Shown one piece after another: positions 60,106-64,000 of a DNA stretch of 64,000 nucleotides (positions within the stretch are counted from its first letter, which is position 1; every line of letters starts with the position of its first letter). This DNA comes from an uncultured virus (IMG/VR IMGVR_UViG_3300046047_000046) (Duplodnaviria; Heunggongvirae; Uroviricota; Caudoviricetes; Crassvirales). The DNA is taken from positions 1 to 64,000 of IMG/VR virus record IMGVR_UViG_3300046047_000046. One strand, 5' to 3'. The translations under genes were made by a program, and so were the position numbers. The notes under the pieces are model-generated. The model saw only the letters and a list, made by a program, of their open reading frames with translations, did not search any database and was not told the origin of the DNA.

Positions 60106-60936
60106 TTATAATCCTAATTTATTTTCAATAATCTTTAATCTGTCATTCAAACTGTGAACAGCACTGAGAGCTATCATTGATAACTTACCATAGTCTACTG
60201 CAAGATAACCATTCTTATCTTCTTTTACTATTTCAGGACAAATTTTCTGTATTTCCTGTGCCGAAGTTCCTAGTTGAGTTTCTCCTGGCTTATCCTTATA
60301 CTCAAAGAATTTAATAGGAATTTCAAGAATATCATCTATATCGAATTTAGCATCAGATATAAAGTTCTTAAGTCTTTCATCTGAAGATTGTACAAATGCA
60401 ACAGCAGTAATACTTCCTGTGGAAGTATCACTTTTATCTTTTCTTAAGTACATAGTATCCAGTACTGCATCAACTGTCATATCTGGAGGTAAAACAGTAG
60501 ACCAATCAAGCTTTAAAGTACCATCAGCTCCTACCATAATACCATTACCATCTCCACTTGCAGTAGCAGCTTTAACTCCACCAAGTGCTGAAGCTGTAGC
60601 TATAGGAAGAGTGTACTTACTTAATCCATTAAGCTTTAATTTATCTGCACCTGACATTAAGCCAGGGTTTCCAGAAGATGCTACTGCTATATTAATTGTA
60701 AAGTTTCCATTTGTAGTCTTTAAAGCAATTATACCACTATCATCTGCAACAGAGGGAATAAAATGTGCTTCTGTAATTGCACCATTATTAACTAAATTAG
60801 TAAGGGTATCACTAATTCCATAGGCAATACCATTTACTAATATTTCCTTAGTATCTGTTACAAAATATACATCATCTCTGTAAGTAGCTGCATCATACTT
60901 AGCTTTTGCTCCTCTTGCAAATTTTACTTCTGCCAT
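60106..60936 (-). CDS. Short fibre protein with a C-terminal intramolecular chaperone (peptidase S74)
   Basis: YTLPIATASALGGVK fibre motif; QSSDERLK...GTSAQE...PEIV...VDY chaperone. Confidence 0.85.
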   Translation of the reverse strand: MAEVKFARGAKAKYDAATYRDDVYFVTDTKEILVNGIAYGISDTLTNLVNNGAITEAHFIPSVADDSGIIALKTTNGNFTINIAVASSGNPGLMSGADKLKLNGLSKYTLPIATASALGGVKAATASGDGNGIMVGADGTLKLDWSTVLPPDMTVDAVLDTMYLRKDKSDTSTGSITAVAFVQSSDERLKNFISDAKFDIDDILEIPIKFFEYKDKPGETQLGTSAQEIQKICPEIVKEDKNGYLAVDYGKLSMIALSAVHSLNDRLKIIENKLGL

Positions 60937-60974
60937 ATATTTATTTATTAATTAATTATTAAATTATTATATAT

Positions 60975-61040
60975 TAAGGTGACTAACAGTCACTTATGAT
61001 TTAATTATAGAAGAGATTTTAATGTTAAAACCTCTCCTAT
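60975..61040 (-). terminator. Two consecutive intergenic hairpins
   Basis: gtgact-aac-agtcac, and ataggagaggtttt / aaaatctcttctat, whose mismatches are G-U pairs on the minus strand. Confidence 0.6.
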
Positions 61041-61059
61041 AAATATTAATAGAATTGTA

Positions 61060-61344
61060 TTATAGTACTCCCATTATAGCACCAATAGTAGCACCAAAAA
61101 CATCTGCCTTTATATCCATCCAATCAAACTTTTCACCATTCTTCTTATCCCAGAGTTCCTTTATAATCCCAACAGCAGTACCAAAAGCAAATCCTGCTAT
61201 CAGTGAATATGCACATCCTAAATTACATACTTTTAGTATTTCTGTAATGATAAAGGATATAAGCATTACAAGATTAAAGTGCATCCATTTATCCACCTCT
61301 ATCTTAGATAAGTAATTTGAAATTTTCTCAAATACCTTTCTCAT
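61060..61344 (-). CDS. VanZ/DUF2279-like small membrane protein
   Basis: DKWMH...GIIKELWD...FDWMDIKADVFG. Confidence 0.72.
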   Translation of the reverse strand: MRKVFEKISNYLSKIEVDKWMHFNLVMLISFIITEILKVCNLGCAYSLIAGFAFGTAVGIIKELWDKKNGEKFDWMDIKADVFGATIGAIMGVL

Positions 61345-61347
61345 TAT

Positions 61348-61602
61348 TTACCATATTATAATTGATACTAATATAGATATAACACTTCCTATAACCCATG
61401 AAATAGGATTCCACAGATTAAACTTTTTATTATACATTAAAACATTCATTACTTCAGTAAATGCACCACATACAGCAGCTATACCAAGTGCTAATATCCA
61501 TGCATTCTGCCCATCTAATGTATGCTCCTGCAATAATGCTAAAAATCCAAGTACTGCACCAACAATACCAAATAACCATTTGCAACTTAATACTTTTTCC
61601 AT
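61348..61602 (-). CDS. Small three-helix membrane protein
   Basis: Three hydrophobic segments. Confidence 0.65.
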   Translation of the reverse strand: MEKVLSCKWLFGIVGAVLGFLALLQEHTLDGQNAWILALGIAAVCGAFTEVMNVLMYNKKFNLWNPISWVIGSVISILVSIIIW

Positions 61603-61634
61603 AATTTTATAATTTTATTAATTAACTAAAATAT

Positions 61635-61937
61635 TTATAACTTATTATTACTACTGCTTTTATAATTAAAATAGTCTTTACCAAACATCCTTACACTGAT
61701 ATAATAAAGTAGTGCAAAGCAATGAAGCCATATTGTTTTAAAAGGACTTACTTCTTCTTGAAATATAATCTTTTCAATATTATGAAATAGTGTATTATCA
61801 GCTATAAGTCTACTTGCTTCATCTCCACCTATATCATAATCATCATCATGGCAACAACATGCAGCATAGAATTTATCAGCATAAGGTGGCTTAAACCACT
61901 TTAATATCCCAGTCTGGCATCCACATCCTCTGCTCAT
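61635..61937 (-). CDS. Phospholipase A2-like protein
   Basis: GCG...ACCCHDDDY...ADNTL...YYISVRMFG, matching the CxxHDxxY...AD...Y..VR.FG pattern. Confidence 0.68.
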   Translation of the reverse strand: MSRGCGCQTGILKWFKPPYADKFYAACCCHDDDYDIGGDEASRLIADNTLFHNIEKIIFQEEVSPFKTIWLHCFALLYYISVRMFGKDYFNYKSSSNNKL

Positions 61938-62452
61938 TGTAATAAATTCTCATATACACTCCAGTCAATTGCATTTTTTGTAGTCCAGCCAACAGAAAGT
62001 GTATCCTGTACATATTTTAATCCTTTCAGATAAAAATCTGCCAACGTAGTAATGTCTGTGAATGTATAATAATCATTATTATAATTATCTCCAAATTTTA
62101 CAATAAATCCATTTGTAGGCATTCCATTTGCTACATAGGCATCATAAGCAGCTTTATAATTAAACTGATTCTCAGAACTCAGCCAGACATTATGCTCTTT
62201 TTTTGCTGAGTCAATCCACACAAAACCTGATAATATAGCTTTATCTGTTTGCTTATTGTAAAAGTCAGTTATACTTTCTTTTATTTTCTCTATCAATAAT
62301 TCTTTTGAACTACCAATTAAATCAAAAACTTGACATAAACATGTCACTCCATCATCATTATCTTTTTTATCAAAATATACACGCCATTTATCTTTACTTA
62401 TCTTAATCATAGGCGTATAATCTGTAATCTTAACTAATGTCTTTACTATCAT
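61934..62452 (-). CDS. DUF4376-like fibre-associated protein
   Basis: ILSGFVW...VWLSSENQFNYKAAYD...KNAIDWSVY. Confidence 0.65.
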   Translation of the reverse strand: MIVKTLVKITDYTPMIKISKDKWRVYFDKKDNDDGVTCLCQVFDLIGSSKELLIEKIKESITDFYNKQTDKAILSGFVWIDSAKKEHNVWLSSENQFNYKAAYDAYVANGMPTNGFIVKFGDNYNNDYYTFTDITTLADFYLKGLKYVQDTLSVGWTTKNAIDWSVYENLLQ

Positions 62453-63572
62453 ATCTCTTTAATTTAAAATATTTATAATGTCCCTGTATATATAATTTAT
62501 TAAATACCTTATGTGGTAATATCTTTATAAGTTTTGTTCTTATATTATAGGAGCAGAAATGTTGCATTATACCAAAATAAGAATTTAATGTCATCATTGT
62601 ACTCTCTGCACTAATCTTTCTTCTATATAGTGAGATAATAAATCTGTATGTATTATTTACTACTCTATTAGCTATATAACTTCTGTCTTTATATACCACT
62701 GCACCACATGTTTTTATTCCATGGTAGGCTGGTTGAAAATATATTTTATCCATTTTTAGGCAAAGTTCTTTTTTTAGAAGAAGATTTCTTGAATATTCTA
62801 CTGCCTTTAGTAATTCAGAATGCTTTCCAATAATATAAAAATCATCCATGTAGATTCCAATATATTTATATCTAGCTTTTAAACAGTTTCCAAAATCTTT
62901 AAGAATTAATAAGGCTGACCATTGTGATACTAAATCTCCTATAGGTAAACCTTTATTTTTTCCATTTGTATATAAAGACTTATAACTAGGAATTAGATTC
63001 CACATAGATATAGGACTCTTTCTTATTGAATGATTTTCAGGTTCATAATATATAAGTAATTTAATTATATAATTAAGTTCTTCTTTATAATCTCCACTAT
63101 ATATATCAATTACTTTTTTCCATTCATTCCAAACTATATCTTTATTAAGTGACATGAAAAAAGATTTAATATCTCCTCCAAAAATCCAACTATCATTACC
63201 ATATTCTTTATAAGAATCTATCATATCCTGCTTTAATACAGAATGATATTGATTTAGTCCCTTACCTTTTCTACAGTTATACATCCTATTAGGCAATATA
63301 CTTTCAATAGTAGGTCTTAAAAACATAACTACTAAAGTATCAAGTATTCTTTTATTTATACTTCCTGCAAAAACTTCTCTTGGTTTAGGCTTAGTAACTA
63401 TGAATGAGTTACTTTCACCTAAATCAACAGTTTGGTTTATAACAGACTCTCGGAGCAAATGAAGGTTATATCTGAAATCACTTTCAAATATAATTTGTGA
63501 ACTAGATTTTCTACAATGTTTTCTAAAAATAAAGTAGGCATTGTAATATTGATTTATATCTATATGTTTCAT
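62430..63572 (-). CDS. DGR-type reverse transcriptase (380 aa)
   Basis: KPREVFA, NCRKGKG, DIKSFF, GLPIGDLVSQ (DGR SQ signature), YMDDF, LNSYFG; probable start MKHIDI at 63572. Confidence 0.92.
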   Translation of the reverse strand: MKHIDINQYYNAYFIFRKHCRKSSSQIIFESDFRYNLHLLRESVINQTVDLGESNSFIVTKPKPREVFAGSINKRILDTLVVMFLRPTIESILPNRMYNCRKGKGLNQYHSVLKQDMIDSYKEYGNDSWIFGGDIKSFFMSLNKDIVWNEWKKVIDIYSGDYKEELNYIIKLLIYYEPENHSIRKSPISMWNLIPSYKSLYTNGKNKGLPIGDLVSQWSALLILKDFGNCLKARYKYIGIYMDDFYIIGKHSELLKAVEYSRNLLLKKELCLKMDKIYFQPAYHGIKTCGAVVYKDRSYIANRVVNNTYRFIISLYRRKISAESTMMTLNSYFGIMQHFCSYNIRTKLIKILPHKVFNKLYIQGHYKYFKLKRYDSKDIS

Positions 63573-63584
63573 ATATTTTTGTAA

Positions 63585-63686
63585 AGATTCACATACTGCG
63601 AACACAGAGTTGTTGTTGTTCTTGTCATTGTTGTTCACTGTCAAAGAAGAAAAGTTACAATTCCATGTGTTGTTGGCATTATTCAA
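63585..63686 (-). repeat. DGR template repeat (boundaries approximate)
   Basis: Reads NNANNTWNCNFSSLTVNNNDKNNNNSVFAVCES; 13 Asn codons, 9 of them AAC, in an AAT-preferring genome; C-type-lectin-like VR pattern. Confidence 0.88.
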
Positions 63687-63783
63687 TAACTAATATATCT
63701 TAACTGTTTATAAAACAGTGTATTGTCCATCTTTATTTAAAATATTTTCTCTATATGAGTTCATAAAAATTTTATGCTTGTCA

Positions 63784-63999
63784 TTAGATTCTATTTATTA
63801 CCTTCATTTTCTCTTCAAGTTTTACTCTAGCACTTATTATCAGTTCTCCAATATGACTTTCAGATAAATCGGAAATTAATCTTTCAGTCTTACTTTTTTG
63901 ATTAACTTTATTTACTACAAAAATATATTCTCCCTCACATATATTAAGATTTGCTTCTAATAATGTAAGATTATCATAACATTCTTCTAGCTTTTTAAG
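63784..63999 (-). CDS. Probable Avd (accessory variability determinant), 5'-truncated
   Basis: Open frame LKKLEECYDNLTLLEANLNICEG...HIGELIISARVKL...NRI*; helical; canonical avd-TR-RT position. Confidence 0.6.
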   Translation of the reverse strand, partial: LKKLEECYDNLTLLEANLNICEGEYIFVVNKVNQKSKTERLISDLSESHIGELIISARVKLEEKMKVINRI

Positions 64000-64000
64000 T

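Larger units (their letters stand above)
62430..64000 (-). mobile_element. Diversity-generating retroelement cassette (partial)
   Basis: Avd-like ORF, AAC-rich template repeat and SQ-type RT in series within the fibre module. Confidence 0.88.

Noticed and set aside
58577..60936. Nearby fibre genes as the DGR target
   Set aside because: Neither contains sequence resembling the template repeat
1484..61315. Many 60-146 aa antisense ORFs in the track
   Set aside because: They lie opposite long genes, have shadow-like composition and show no motifs
62430..63572. RT as a group II intron, retron or Abi RT
   Set aside because: No maturase/endonuclease extension, no retron VTG motif; the SQ motif and adjacent AAC-rich repeat indicate a DGR
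63573..63686. Asn-rich N-terminal extension of the RT in the ORF track
   Set aside because: Better explained as the DGR template repeat; the TTG start is weak and an ATG follows at 63572
1..64000. Stop-codon reassignment as seen in some crAss-like phages
   Set aside because: Genes up to 8.5 kb are intact under the standard code and coding density is high
1..64000. CRISPR array, tRNA or rRNA genes
   Set aside because: No repeat-spacer array or cloverleaf seen; intergenic gaps are short. tRNAscan-SE would confirm

Overview
A 64-kb internal piece of an AT-rich, CpG-poor crAss-like phage (Crassvirales) genome. The major capsid protein and gene order resemble the PhiCrAss001/Steigviridae type as I recall them, and TAnnTTTG promoters point to a Bacteroidota host. 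The genetic code appears standard. The + strand (1-15.5 kb) carries a replication and nucleotide-metabolism module: PD-(D/E)XK nuclease, class III ribonucleotide reductase NrdD split by a 372-aa LAGLIDADG intein, NrdG, dUTPase, retropepsin-like protease, family A DNA polymerase, ThyX and many small accessory genes. From 15.7 to 35.8 kb, three giant ejected proteins converge on a bidirectional terminator, including the virion RNA polymerase (DFDVD) and a zincin/ADP-ribosyltransferase-like polyvalent protein. The - strand (35.9-61 kb) encodes cargo, muzzle, ring, hub, capsid, lysis and fibre genes. The right end holds a diversity-generating retroelement (Avd-like gene, AAC-rich template repeat, reverse transcriptase) whose target gene is not in the window. 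Leading leads: (1) the DGR, whose template repeat abuts and is in frame with the RT; (2) a GG-x-[LI] motif shared by three late proteins, including an unannotated 34-aa basic peptide; (3) a CpG-rich NDT-WDGH fusion beside a DUF2829/Tad2-like remnant; (4) a RiPP-precursor-like peptide behind a long hairpin; (5) effector-like domains on the injected proteins. All family assignments come from motif recognition, not database searches.
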